Assembly: GCA_051252375.1 (NCBI GenBank)
Contig: JBPOFY010000005.1
Span: forward strand, 96,001 to 160,000
Length of the DNA stretch: 64,000 nucleotides
Reading direction: 5' to 3'
Source: Opitutaceae bacterium
GTDB taxonomy: Bacteria > Verrucomicrobiota > Verrucomicrobiia > Opitutales > Coraliomargaritaceae
Part shown: positions 43,721-53,422 of the stretch, piece after piece
Position numbering within the stretch: the stretch's first letter is position 1
Layout of the letters: every line of letters starts with the position of its first letter
Translations under genes and position numbers: made by a program
Notes under the pieces: model-generated
Seen by the model: the letters and a program-made list of their open reading frames with translations, nothing else
The model's database searches: none
What the model was told of the DNA's origin: nothing

Positions 43721-44500
43721 ATGAGTAAATCCGCACGCAAATACCTCATCGCAGGTAACTGGAAAATGAACCTGAACTCAGCCGAAGGTGCTGATCTCGC
43801 TAAAGACGTTGTCAGCATCGTTGGCGCACAAACAGACGTCGCTGTCTGTGTCTGCCCAACTTTCACAGCATTGGAATCTGTTTCCAAGGTCGTGAACGAC
43901 TCCAACGTTCAACTCGGTGCGCAGAACATGCACTTCGAAGCATCCGGTGCCTACACCGGTGAGATCTCTGCCGAGATGCTCCGTCATCTCTTCTGCAACT
44001 TCGTGATCCTCGGTCACTCCGAGCGCCGCGAATATTTCGGTGAAACTGACGCGCTTGTGAACAAGAAGACACTCGCTGCTCTCGCTGCGAACCTCAAGCC
44101 TATCGTCTGCATTGGCGAAACACTTGACGAGCGCGAAGCTGGTAAGGTCAACGAAGTGATCAAGACACAACTTGAAGGCGCCCTCGTCGGTGTGACTGCA
44201 GCCAATGCAGATGCACTTGTCGTCGCTTACGAGCCCGTCTGGGCGATCGGCACAGGCAAGACAGCTACACCAGAGATGGCCGAAGAAGTGCACGCTGAAA
44301 TCCGTTGCCTACTTGCTGGCCTCATTGGTGCTGAAGCAGCAGAGAAGGTGCGTATCCTTTACGGAGGTTCCATGAAGCCAGGCAACGCGCCAGAGCTACT
44401 TGCTCAAAAGAACATCGACGGTGGTCTCATCGGCGGTGCAGCGCTTAAAGCCAACGACTTCGCTGGTATCATCGAAGCCGCAGTCGCGCTCTCCAAGTAG
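43721..44500 (+). CDS. tpiA: Triosephosphate isomerase
   Basis: AGNWKMN, GHSERR, AYEPVWAIGTG, YGGS; start ATG 43721. Confidence 0.98.
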   Translation: MSKSARKYLIAGNWKMNLNSAEGADLAKDVVSIVGAQTDVAVCVCPTFTALESVSKVVNDSNVQLGAQNMHFEASGAYTGEISAEMLRHLFCNFVILGHSERREYFGETDALVNKKTLAALAANLKPIVCIGETLDEREAGKVNEVIKTQLEGALVGVTAANADALVVAYEPVWAIGTGKTATPEMAEEVHAEIRCLLAGLIGAEAAEKVRILYGGSMKPGNAPELLAQKNIDGGLIGGAALKANDFAGIIEAAVALSK

Positions 44501-44523
44501 TCGTTTTTCGAATACAAAATTTC

Positions 44524-44558
44524 AAAAGGCCGAAGCAGTGATGCTTCGGTCTTTTTTT
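44524..44558 (+). terminator. Intrinsic terminator of the gap-pgk-tpiA operon
   Basis: AAAAGGCCGAAGCA-gtga-TGCTTCGGTCTTTTTTT. Confidence 0.85.
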
Positions 44559-44596
44559 GTGCGCTTAGTAGTTTCTTGGTAGTTCGTTCGTATTTT

Positions 44597-45560
44597 CCCC
44601 GTTGCGAAGCAACGAGGCTACATTGTCTAAGTCCTGTGCCTCGAAGCTCAGCTTTGGAGAACGTCGTGTAAGTCTTGTCGATCTACTCCCCGTTGCTGAG
44701 CAACGAGGCCACTTTTAACAGAATCCATTCTTGTAGCCTCGAAGCTCAGCTTCGGGGAACGTTTTTGCTCGATCACAGGCTTTGCCTGAATCACTTTTTC
44801 TGCATGTGGAACGAACGCCGACTCCCTCGTCTGCCACCTGAATATTATCAGGGTCCTGCCCACGTTTTATGGACTTATGTGGCGAAGGATCGTCGCACCG
44901 GTTGGCTGAATGATACGTTTCACGCCACCTTCCGTGAAGTCCTGCTCCACACTTGCGCGCGCTATCATTTGGGCTGCGCTCGCTATGTGCTTATGCCAGA
45001 TCACCTGCACCTCATTTGCGTTGGCGCCTCGCAGAACAGCGATCAGCTCAAATCAACACGTTTTCTTCGCCTTCATTTGCCTTTGGATTGGCAAAAGCAA
45101 GCACATGACCATGTGATGAATGAAGCAGAGCGTGAGCGGAATGCTTTTACCGCCGCCTGCATTTATTTGCGTAATAATCCTGAGCGCGCGAGCTTGGTTG
45201 AGACCGCACAGGATTGGCTGTATGCGGGCAGCCTTGTCCCTGGCTTTCCTGATTTGGATGAATGGGATAGTGCCTCTTTCTGGAAGTGCTTTCACGCCTA
45301 TCAGAAATTTTTGGAGTCTGATTGATCTGGCAGAAACCCCGTTGCGAAGCAACGAGGCTACGTTCAACAGAATCCATCTTCGTAGCCTCGAAGCTCAGCT
45401 TCGGGGAACGTCGTGCTTGTCCGTGTCGATCTACTCCCCGTTGCTGAGCAACGAGGCCACGCCTTATCTGATCTCGTAGCCTCGAAGCTCGGCTTCGGGG
45501 AACATTACATTGTGATCGTCCGTGTATTCTCTTCCCCCCGTTGCTGAGCAACGAGGCCAC
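44597..45560. mobile_element. REPtron: RAYT gene flanked by four left and five right alternating REP copies (family B)
   Basis: GT(A/G)GCCTCGTTGC..GCAACGGGG on the minus strand at 44597, 44688, 45337, 45436 and 45536, alternating with GTAGCCTCGAAGCTCAGCTTCGGGG at 44636 (degenerate), 44733, 45382 and 45476. Confidence 0.9.
44804..45325 (+). CDS. REP-associated tyrosine transposase (RAYT/TnpA-REP, HUH Y1 family)
   Basis: RLPRL N-terminus, YVLMPDHLHL (HUH), WQ..HDH, YLRNNPERASLV...W.Y. Confidence 0.88.
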   Translation: MWNERRLPRLPPEYYQGPAHVLWTYVAKDRRTGWLNDTFHATFREVLLHTCARYHLGCARYVLMPDHLHLICVGASQNSDQLKSTRFLRLHLPLDWQKQAHDHVMNEAERERNAFTAACIYLRNNPERASLVETAQDWLYAGSLVPGFPDLDEWDSASFWKCFHAYQKFLESD

Positions 45561-45625
45561 GTATCGTCGAAACGTGCGTAATAAAAATCCTCGTCATCGG
45601 TTAGCACATCGCAAAACTAGGGTTC

Positions 45626-46306
45626 ATGCGTTCAAATCAATTACTATCTGTCCTCGCCCTCCCATTTCTATTTCTCGCCGCGTGTTCGACGTCTCCAAAG
45701 ACTACGGAGCGATCTGCGCCAGTTGAGTCATTTGGTATGGTCGAAGTGAAGCAATCACCTGTTGTCGAGATGCCAAAACCTGAAGCGCCCGCCGTCGTGC
45801 GCGATGTGCGTATCGTGATGAGCACTTCGAAGGGGGATATCGAAGCCACACTCTTTGCGACGAAGACACCTGTCACCGTGGCGAGCTTTCTGAATTTGGT
45901 GGAGCGTGGTTATTATAATAATCTCACCTTTCACCGCGTGATTCCCGACTTCATGATTCAAGGCGGTGATCCTCAAGGCACCGGTGGTGGTGGTCCCGGT
46001 TATCGTTTTGAAAACGAGATTCATCCCGCGCTGCGTCACAATCGCTCTGGGCTCTTTTCGATGGCCAATGCCGGACCTGGGACAAATGGCAGCCAGTTCT
46101 TTATCACACATCTCGCCACACCTTGGTTGGATGGTAAGCACAGTGTTTTCGGCAAGGTAACCAAAGGCCAGAAGGTCGTGGATAGCATTCGTAAGGGAGA
46201 TTTGATTCTCTCCGTTAAAGTGCTGGATTCGACTGAGGTATTGTTTGCTGAGCAAAAGAGCCGCATCGACCAGTGGAATGTCGCATTGAGCGCGAACGGA
46301 TTTTAA
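45626..46306 (+). CDS. Cyclophilin-type peptidyl-prolyl isomerase, lipoprotein
   Basis: Lipobox LAAC; FHRVIPDFMIQGGDP, SMANAGPGTNGSQFFIT, WLDGKHSVFG. Confidence 0.93.
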   Translation: MRSNQLLSVLALPFLFLAACSTSPKTTERSAPVESFGMVEVKQSPVVEMPKPEAPAVVRDVRIVMSTSKGDIEATLFATKTPVTVASFLNLVERGYYNNLTFHRVIPDFMIQGGDPQGTGGGGPGYRFENEIHPALRHNRSGLFSMANAGPGTNGSQFFITHLATPWLDGKHSVFGKVTKGQKVVDSIRKGDLILSVKVLDSTEVLFAEQKSRIDQWNVALSANGF

Positions 46307-46328
46307 TTCGTAGGAATACAGGTATATG

Positions 46329-46463
46329 TAGACAGAATAATTTCGGACATAATAATTAACCTTTGGAGGTTAAGATCAAGTGATTGGTAGTATTTTGATG
46401 TATGCTCATCTCGTCATTCCTTCGTTTTTCTGAAAATTGTTCTGCCATGAATTATTCTGTCTA
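46329..46463. repeat. Empty inverted-repeat element with two 15-nt-period units per arm
   Basis: TAGACAGAATAATTTCGGACATAATAATT pairs 23/29 with 46435-46463 (outer 14 bp perfect); a solo arm lies at 20023-20049. Confidence 0.75.
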
Positions 46464-46540
46464 AAATTTCATATTGTCGTATTCGACTTTCCGTTCCCTA
46501 GCGTTGCTTTTGCACCGACAATCATTCCTACTATGGGGCT

Positions 46541-47374
46541 ATGAATTGGAACAAAGTCCGTGATTTCGAAGAGATTATTTACGAAAAGTGCGATGGTATC
46601 GCGAAGGTGACGATTAATCGCCCGCATCGTCGCAATGCATTCACCCCAGATACGGTTGCTGAATTGATTACGGCGTTCACCGATGCGCGTGAAGATATCA
46701 CCATCGGTGTAGTCTTATTGACCGGCTTCAATCCACAGACAGACGGTAAGTTCGCGTTCTGTGCGGGTGGCGACCAAAAGATCCGCGGTCACAAGAAGGG
46801 TGGTTACATCGGTAAGGATGGCGTTCCTCGTCTGAATGTCCTGGATTTGCAGAAGCTCATCCGATCGATGCCCAAGGTCGTCATCGCGCTCGTCGCGGGT
46901 TACGCCATTGGCGGGGGGCACGTGCTTCACGTTGTTTGCGATCTGACAATCGCGGCGGACAATGCGATCTTCGGTCAGACTGGTCCGAAGGTGGGTAGTT
47001 TTGATGGTGGCTTTGGTTCCAGCTATTTAGCGCGTATTGTCGGGCATAAGAAAGCCCGTGAGATCTGGTATTTGTGTCGCCAATACAACGCGCAGGAAGC
47101 AATGGACATGGGGCTCGTCAATAAGGTGGTGCCCTACGAAGAGCTCGAAGCCGAGGGTGTGCAATGGGCGAGTGAAATTCTGCAGCACAGCCCGCTCTCG
47201 ATTCGCTGCCTCAAGTCAGCCTTTAATGCGGACGTCGACGGTCAGCAAGGTCTGCAGGAACTTGCCGGTAATGCGACGCTGTTGTATTATTTGACCGAAG
47301 AAGGTGAAGAAGGTCGAACCGCATGGAACGAAAAGCGCGCGCCGGAGTTTAAAAAATATCCATGGCTGCCTTAG
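46541..47374 (+). CDS. menB: 1,4-dihydroxy-2-naphthoyl-CoA synthase
   Basis: [40 protein letters not shown]. Confidence 0.96.
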   Translation: MNWNKVRDFEEIIYEKCDGIAKVTINRPHRRNAFTPDTVAELITAFTDAREDITIGVVLLTGFNPQTDGKFAFCAGGDQKIRGHKKGGYIGKDGVPRLNVLDLQKLIRSMPKVVIALVAGYAIGGGHVLHVVCDLTIAADNAIFGQTGPKVGSFDGGFGSSYLARIVGHKKAREIWYLCRQYNAQEAMDMGLVNKVVPYEELEAEGVQWASEILQHSPLSIRCLKSAFNADVDGQQGLQELAGNATLLYYLTEEGEEGRTAWNEKRAPEFKKYPWLP

Positions 47375-47439
47375 ATTTTTACAGCGTAGTGTATGTGCTC
47401 ACGCGGCTATAGTTGACGTGTCGTAATCTTAAAACCAAA

Positions 47440-47619
47440 ACACGGCAGGAGACTGCCGTGGCTACAAAATACTGCAGGAATGATCATTTATGGAACATCT
47501 ACGGTGCAAGTTTCTTGCGCGACGTTTGTTGTAGCCACGTCACTCTGTGACGTGTCCGTGATTCGGAATGCGTATCGTCACCTTAAAACAAAAACACTGC
47601 AGGAGACTGCCGTGGCTAC
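47440..47619. repeat. Family A REP triplet
   Basis: Copies at 47440-47465, 47531-47556 and 47594-47619. Confidence 0.88.
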
Positions 47620-47625
47620 AATGTC

Positions 47626-49227
47626 GTGCTTGAACATACATTAATAAGAAATCTACGAGGTAAATTCCTTGCGTGGACTTTCAACTCTACGGATCGAGTT
47701 GGGGTAAGGTCACGCCAGCGCAAACGCTCCATCTTGGCATTCGCACTCTGCTTCCTTCCGCTGGTTGGCTGCGCGAAGCCGACTGCGAATGAGTTTACCG
47801 TGGTGGCCTACAACGTCGAAAATCTTTTCGATGTGGATGGCATCGCGATTTACCGCGATTACACGCAAGATGAGCCGGACGATCCGTTCACTTACGGACG
47901 CCTCAAGTTGCTTACGAAACTGCAAAACACCGCTGCGGTTTTAACGCATTTCAATGAGGGCTCAGGTCCTGAGGTGATTCTCTTTCAAGAACTGGAAGCC
48001 GATTTCTCGCCGGAGACTACGGTTGAAGACCTCGATCAGTTTCTCGCTGACTATGCCGACACCACTGTGGCTGCCATGCTCGGTGAAGGCTGGAAGCCTG
48101 AATACGCGGGTCTGCCCTCGGCGGCTTGGTTGCTCAAAGCATTAAGCGATGCAGGGCTCAAGGGCTATGAGGTGGTTTCCGTGCCAGCAAAGGCACAAGA
48201 CGTTGGCATCGCCCACACGAACTCGGTTTTTTCAAAGTTCCCAATTGTCGCATCGACCGCACATCCGCTGGAGCAAGCACGTGATATTCTTGAGGTCGAA
48301 CTCGATGTGGAAGGGCACTCGCTCTTTCTCTATGATAACCACTGGAAGTCCGGTGCTTCAAATCCTGATCGCGAGCCCATCCGTGTGCAAAACGCGACTG
48401 TCCTGCGTGGCTTGATTGATGCGCGCCTCGCAGCAGATCCGAATGCCGATATCATTCTTGGGGGCGATTTCAATTCGCACTACAATCACTCCATTTTGTA
48501 TCCGACCATTGAGACAGGCATCAATGATGTGCTTGGCTCGCAAGGCAACGAGCTTGCCATACGTGAGCAGGGTGGAGTCGATCTGTATAATCTCTGGTTC
48601 GAGTTGTCACCTGAGGCTCGCTACTCCGAAGTCTGGCGCGGGCGTCGTGGCACTTTGATGCACCTCCTGTTGACTCGCGGTCTTTATGATGACCATGGCA
48701 TACGCTACGTAGATGGCAGTTTCGATAAATTACTTTTGATGGGGCTGAACGCTGATGGCATCGGTCGACCTTTAGCGTGGACTTTTGCGGGACAAACCGG
48801 CGGCGGCGCCAGCGATCACTTCCCTGTCTATGCACGTTTCACAGTGGGCACAGACGAGAAGGGTGCGTTTGTCGAATTAGTCGAGCCCAGCGCTGGCGCT
48901 GATGCCCTCGATTTTGAAATGCCACTTAATTATGACTCAGAGGAAAAAGCAGCACTCAAGGATGGTGCATTCCTCGCAGGGATCAGCGACGACGACTTAG
49001 GACCTTATGTGGGTAAGCTATTTCGTATCGACGCCAGTATCTTGCAGCTAGGCGCTTTGCGTCTGGATGTCGGTGGTGTCGAATGGTCGAGCTATGCGCC
49101 TGATAAAGCGGTGCAAGCTGCTCTTAAAGCATTGGATCCAGACCAAGTGCACCCTTTTGCGGTTCAACTCGGTATCTGGAAGGGGAAGCGTCAATTTGTC
49201 GTCGAGGGTATCATTGCTGCTAATTAG
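47626..49227 (+). CDS. Endonuclease/exonuclease/phosphatase-family lipoprotein (true start probably downstream, near 47734)
   Basis: Lipobox LVGC; YNVENLFD, QE, NHWKS, GDFN, SDHFPV. Confidence 0.85.
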   Translation: MLEHTLIRNLRGKFLAWTFNSTDRVGVRSRQRKRSILAFALCFLPLVGCAKPTANEFTVVAYNVENLFDVDGIAIYRDYTQDEPDDPFTYGRLKLLTKLQNTAAVLTHFNEGSGPEVILFQELEADFSPETTVEDLDQFLADYADTTVAAMLGEGWKPEYAGLPSAAWLLKALSDAGLKGYEVVSVPAKAQDVGIAHTNSVFSKFPIVASTAHPLEQARDILEVELDVEGHSLFLYDNHWKSGASNPDREPIRVQNATVLRGLIDARLAADPNADIILGGDFNSHYNHSILYPTIETGINDVLGSQGNELAIREQGGVDLYNLWFELSPEARYSEVWRGRRGTLMHLLLTRGLYDDHGIRYVDGSFDKLLLMGLNADGIGRPLAWTFAGQTGGGASDHFPVYARFTVGTDEKGAFVELVEPSAGADALDFEMPLNYDSEEKAALKDGAFLAGISDDDLGPYVGKLFRIDASILQLGALRLDVGGVEWSSYAPDKAVQAALKALDPDQVHPFAVQLGIWKGKRQFVVEGIIAAN

Positions 49228-49270
49228 GTTGAACTCAGCTCGCAGGGCGGTTTCGTAACTCTTTTAGCAA

Positions 49271-51109
49271 ATGACCTTTCACTTTTTCGACATATTCCGC
49301 TCATATCCTCGATTACTGCTTTCAGTGTTCAGTATGCTGTTGATCGCGGGTTGCTCAGAGCCACCTCAGGTCAACCGCGGGAATCACCCGATTCCTGAAG
49401 ATGCGGTGATCGCAGATTGTGAGCCTGGGCAATATGGTGGCATTTTCATTATCAATGAAACTTCGCCGCCAAAGACTTTTAATTTCCTTGTTCCGGGAAA
49501 TATGTCGACCCGCGCAATACAGGAAAAGTTTTATGCTCCGCTGGTTAAATTCAATCCTCGCACCGAGAGTGTCGGGCCATATCTCGCGAAATCATGGGAG
49601 GTGAGTGACGATAGTCAGACGTTTACTTTTCACCTGCGAAAAGGAGTCAAGTGGAGTGATGGTGCACCTTTTACTGCAGACGACATCGTCTTTACCTTTG
49701 ATTTGATATTTGCGGATGAAGTGGATCCTAAAACGGGTAATTTGAGGCCGATTTTCCCGTCAAGAAGTTATGAGGAAATGAAGGTAAACGGGGAGAAGCC
49801 AAATTACACTAAGCTGGACGACTACACCTTCCAAGTGAGTTTGCCGTCAGTGTTTGCGCCATTCCTTTTGTCGATGGAGGACGTATTGATTCTGCCAAAG
49901 CATAAGCTTGGTTTTAGTTTAGAGGATCGCAGCTTTTTTAAGCAATGGTCGACTCAGACCGCGATTGAGCATCCGGAAGAGATCGTCAGTCTAGGACCCT
50001 TCTTGCTGGAATCTTACCGACCAGGTGAGCGTCTGGTGTTTACTCCAAATCCTCATTTTTGGAAATTTGATACCAATGGTCAGCGACTCCCATATCTGGA
50101 CTACTTGGTTTATAAATTCGTGTCGGAGTCGAACACTGAAACGGTGCACTTCGCGACTGGCCAGAGTGATGCTTCTGGCATATCCGCTGCAGACTTGGAT
50201 TGGATCAAACGCGGTGAAGAAATTTACGATTTCACCGTTTATGAGAAAGGTCTTTCGAGTAGTATTAGTTTCTTTTGGTTTAATCAGCACTTAGGGGCAG
50301 ATGAAGACGGTAAACCATACTTGCCTGCGCATAAGAAGCGTTGGTTTACAGATAAGCGCTTTCGTCAAGCAGTGCAGACAGGATTCAATCGTAAGGGGAT
50401 TATTGATGCTTTATTCTTCGGTAAAGGCGAGCCGCTCAATAGTATGATTCCGTCGTCACGCGGTGCGTGGCACAATCCGAATTTACCGACTTACGAATAC
50501 GATCCAGAGCTGGCGAAGACATTGCTGCGTGAAGCCGGTTTCTCTTGGAATGCCGCAGGGCACTTAATCGATACTCAGGGCGTGCTCGTTGAATTTGAAT
50601 TGCTCGCAGTGGATGGTGTCGCGGCTGCAGATACAATCTCCGTTACTTTTGTCGAAAACATGAAGGAACTCGGTATGACGGTGAAACTGGCGAAGGTAGA
50701 TTTTGTCACACTGTTGGCGAAGACCGATGAAACGTTCGACTACGATCTGACCTTTCTCTCTTGGGGTTCCAGTAGCGCCGGTTATGATCCTGGTGGCAGT
50801 AAAGCACTTTACTTGAGTAGTGGCATCTACCACCAATGGTATCCCGAGCAAATTGAACCTGCGACAGAGTGGGAGGCGCGTATCGATCAACTCTTCCTTG
50901 AGCAAGAGAGCACTTTGGATATGGAAAAGCGCATTGCAAATATCCATGAGATTCAAGCGATCCTCGCCGAAGAATTGCCCATGCTTTATATTTTCAGCGC
51001 TTATGCATATGTGGGGGTGCAGAATAAATGGCAAAATATCTTCATTCCAAAAACGGGCTCTCTTTTTTGGAATGTAGAGGAAGTGTGGACCTCTGAGCCA
51101 GACGCATAG
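49271..51109 (+). CDS. ABC transporter substrate-binding lipoprotein, family 5 (peptide/nickel)
   Basis: Lipobox IAGC; LAKSWEVSDD..TFTFHLRKGVKWSDGAPFTADD. Confidence 0.92.
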   Translation: MTFHFFDIFRSYPRLLLSVFSMLLIAGCSEPPQVNRGNHPIPEDAVIADCEPGQYGGIFIINETSPPKTFNFLVPGNMSTRAIQEKFYAPLVKFNPRTESVGPYLAKSWEVSDDSQTFTFHLRKGVKWSDGAPFTADDIVFTFDLIFADEVDPKTGNLRPIFPSRSYEEMKVNGEKPNYTKLDDYTFQVSLPSVFAPFLLSMEDVLILPKHKLGFSLEDRSFFKQWSTQTAIEHPEEIVSLGPFLLESYRPGERLVFTPNPHFWKFDTNGQRLPYLDYLVYKFVSESNTETVHFATGQSDASGISAADLDWIKRGEEIYDFTVYEKGLSSSISFFWFNQHLGADEDGKPYLPAHKKRWFTDKRFRQAVQTGFNRKGIIDALFFGKGEPLNSMIPSSRGAWHNPNLPTYEYDPELAKTLLREAGFSWNAAGHLIDTQGVLVEFELLAVDGVAAADTISVTFVENMKELGMTVKLAKVDFVTLLAKTDETFDYDLTFLSWGSSSAGYDPGGSKALYLSSGIYHQWYPEQIEPATEWEARIDQLFLEQESTLDMEKRIANIHEIQAILAEELPMLYIFSAYAYVGVQNKWQNIFIPKTGSLFWNVEEVWTSEPDA

Positions 51110-51112
51110 TAT

Positions 51113-53416
51113 ATGTTTACTTTTATCATCAGACGTTTGCTGTCTCTCATCCCGCTTCTACTCGGAGTGAGTATGCTGGTGTCGATCTTGATGTATGTAT
51201 CACCAGGAGATTTTCTCACCCAATCACGTGCGGCGAAAGACATCGCCCCTGAAGTCATCGAGCAGCAAGAGCGGCAACTCGGCTTAGTTGACGATGAAGG
51301 TAATCCAACCAAATGGTTTGTTCGCTATGGGCATTGGTTGGCCAATGTTTCACCGGTGAAATATGGTCCATGGATCGGCGATGAATCTAAAGGCGTGCAT
51401 CTAGGCGCGCCATACCTCGGTGAATCGTTCGGTTATAAAGTGAAAGTGACTGAACTATTGGCGCAGCGCGTGCCCGCTACATTTATCCTTTCACTGACTT
51501 CGATTACTTTGGCTTGGTGTTTGGCTATACCGCTCGGGGTGCTCGCCGCGATTTATAAGGACTCTATTTTCGACCGGCTCTCGGCATTGCTGGCCTATGC
51601 GGCGCTATCGATACCTGAGTTCTTTCTCGCGATTCTCGCGGTATATGCCGCGTCGATAACGGGTTTGTTTCCCGTCGGTGGACGATCGTCGGTGGAAAGT
51701 GAATTCTTCCCTCCGGCGCTACAGTTATTGGATTATGCTTATCACCTAATTTTGCCCACCCTAGTGTTGGGCATCGGTAGTGTCGCTGGAATGATGCGGA
51801 TCATGCGGGCGAATTTTATCGACTACATGCAGGCTGAATTTGCGACCACGGCGCGCGCGAAAGGGCTCCGTGAGCGTGTCATCATGTTTAAGCATGTGCT
51901 GCGTAATGCCATCAATCCGTTGATTACATCTTTCGGTTATTCCTTTGCTGGGCTTCTTTCCGGTGCGCTGTTGGTTGAAAATGTGATGAACTACCCAGGT
52001 CTCGGGCAATTGATTTACGATGCCATCGTCCGTGAAGATCAATACGTAGTCATGGCTGGTGTCCTCATGGGCGTGATCATGCTAGTGTTCGGAAACCTGC
52101 TGGCGGATATGCTACTCGGATGGTCGGACCCACGGATTCGGGTAGAGTCACAATCCTCTGCACCATCAACCACTCGTGGTAAGATGGTGTTGATCTGGTG
52201 CGGTATCGTGGGATTGATCTTTTTGGAAATTGTCTTGGAGGCGTTTGCACCGGGAGTCCTCTCGTTCATCGTGATAATACTTAAATATCTCGGCATTGCT
52301 GTGGTCTCTGCTTTGGCCATCGGTTGTATCGCACTCGTTGGATATATTATCTTTAACCTCTTCAAAAATCTACTTGGTCAAGTGCTACGCCGCCCAATGG
52401 GCTTTGCTGCGGTATTTGTTTTATTGATGCTATATGGAGGTGCGTTGTTTGCGCCGTTTTTAGGGCCGTATCCGATTACTAAACAAAATTTAGCAACTCC
52501 ATATCATCCACCATCCGGTTTTACATTTGTTGATGGTAGCCTACATGTGAAGATGTATGAAAAGTCAGCGGTAGGTTCGGCTACCTATGTGGAGAAAGCA
52601 GAGACTGCACCTGTTCGTTTTTTTGCTAAAGGTGAACCGTATAAACTTTTCGGTTTGATGCCGATGGAGCGAAAACTTTTTCAAATTGAAAGCGAAGATC
52701 CTGCGGCTCGCGTCTATCTCCTAGGTTCGGATGATACGGGTCGTGATATATTTAGTCGTTTGCTTAATGGTGCGCAGATATCGTTGTCGATCGGCTTTAT
52801 TGGTATTTCGATTACATTGATCATTGGATTCATCGTCGGTGCGTTGGCCGGTTACTACGGAGGTGCGGTCGACTTTATCGCCATGCGCTTCGTTGAGCTG
52901 CTTATGTCGGTGCCTGCGCTTTACTTATTGCTCGCATTGCGTTCCGCATTGATCAGTCCAGATTTTTCATCTGCTCAAGTCTTCATAGTGATTGTGATTA
53001 TACTCTCCGTTATTGGCTGGGCTGGCACGGCACGTATTATTCGTGGTATGACGCTGTCGATACGAAATCGTGCCTTTGTTACTGCAGCAGAAAGCATGGG
53101 GCAGTCCGTGCCTCGGATTTTGATTAAACATATTTTACCCAACCTCGCTAGTTACTTGTTGGTTGCAGCGACCTTGGCGATTCCGGGCTACATTTTGGCA
53201 GAAGCCGCTTTGTCTTTCCTTGGGCTCGGTATCTCGGAGCCTTCGGCTTCGTGGGGGCTCATGTTGAAGCAGTCGCAGGGGAATATGATCGTTTTCTTCA
53301 TGAACTTTTGGTGGATGCTCACTCCAGGCTTGGCGATATTTGTCACGGTGATTGCTTACAATGTGCTCGGTGATGTGCTTCGTGATATCGTCGATCCGAA
53401 AATGAAAACGCGTTAA
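51113..53416 (+). CDS. Fused OppB-OppC type ABC permease
   Basis: OppB half: ARAKGL..HVLRNA, YPGLG. OppC half: LGSDDTGRDIFSRL, AAESMG..HILPN, LSFLGLG...SWG. Confidence 0.9.
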   Translation: MFTFIIRRLLSLIPLLLGVSMLVSILMYVSPGDFLTQSRAAKDIAPEVIEQQERQLGLVDDEGNPTKWFVRYGHWLANVSPVKYGPWIGDESKGVHLGAPYLGESFGYKVKVTELLAQRVPATFILSLTSITLAWCLAIPLGVLAAIYKDSIFDRLSALLAYAALSIPEFFLAILAVYAASITGLFPVGGRSSVESEFFPPALQLLDYAYHLILPTLVLGIGSVAGMMRIMRANFIDYMQAEFATTARAKGLRERVIMFKHVLRNAINPLITSFGYSFAGLLSGALLVENVMNYPGLGQLIYDAIVREDQYVVMAGVLMGVIMLVFGNLLADMLLGWSDPRIRVESQSSAPSTTRGKMVLIWCGIVGLIFLEIVLEAFAPGVLSFIVIILKYLGIAVVSALAIGCIALVGYIIFNLFKNLLGQVLRRPMGFAAVFVLLMLYGGALFAPFLGPYPITKQNLATPYHPPSGFTFVDGSLHVKMYEKSAVGSATYVEKAETAPVRFFAKGEPYKLFGLMPMERKLFQIESEDPAARVYLLGSDDTGRDIFSRLLNGAQISLSIGFIGISITLIIGFIVGALAGYYGGAVDFIAMRFVELLMSVPALYLLLALRSALISPDFSSAQVFIVIVIILSVIGWAGTARIIRGMTLSIRNRAFVTAAESMGQSVPRILIKHILPNLASYLLVAATLAIPGYILAEAALSFLGLGISEPSASWGLMLKQSQGNMIVFFMNFWWMLTPGLAIFVTVIAYNVLGDVLRDIVDPKMKTR

Positions 53417-53422
53417 CGCTGT

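Noticed and set aside
44675..44803. N-terminal extension of the RAYT ORF, and ORFs 45147-45560 and 57489-57695
   Set aside because: These are translations of REP or tandem-repeat DNA; the RAYT more plausibly starts at ATG 44804.
44597..45560. Regularly spaced ~25-nt repeats resembling a CRISPR array
   Set aside because: The repeats alternate in orientation, the linkers are themselves repeated, they flank a RAYT gene, and no cas genes are present.
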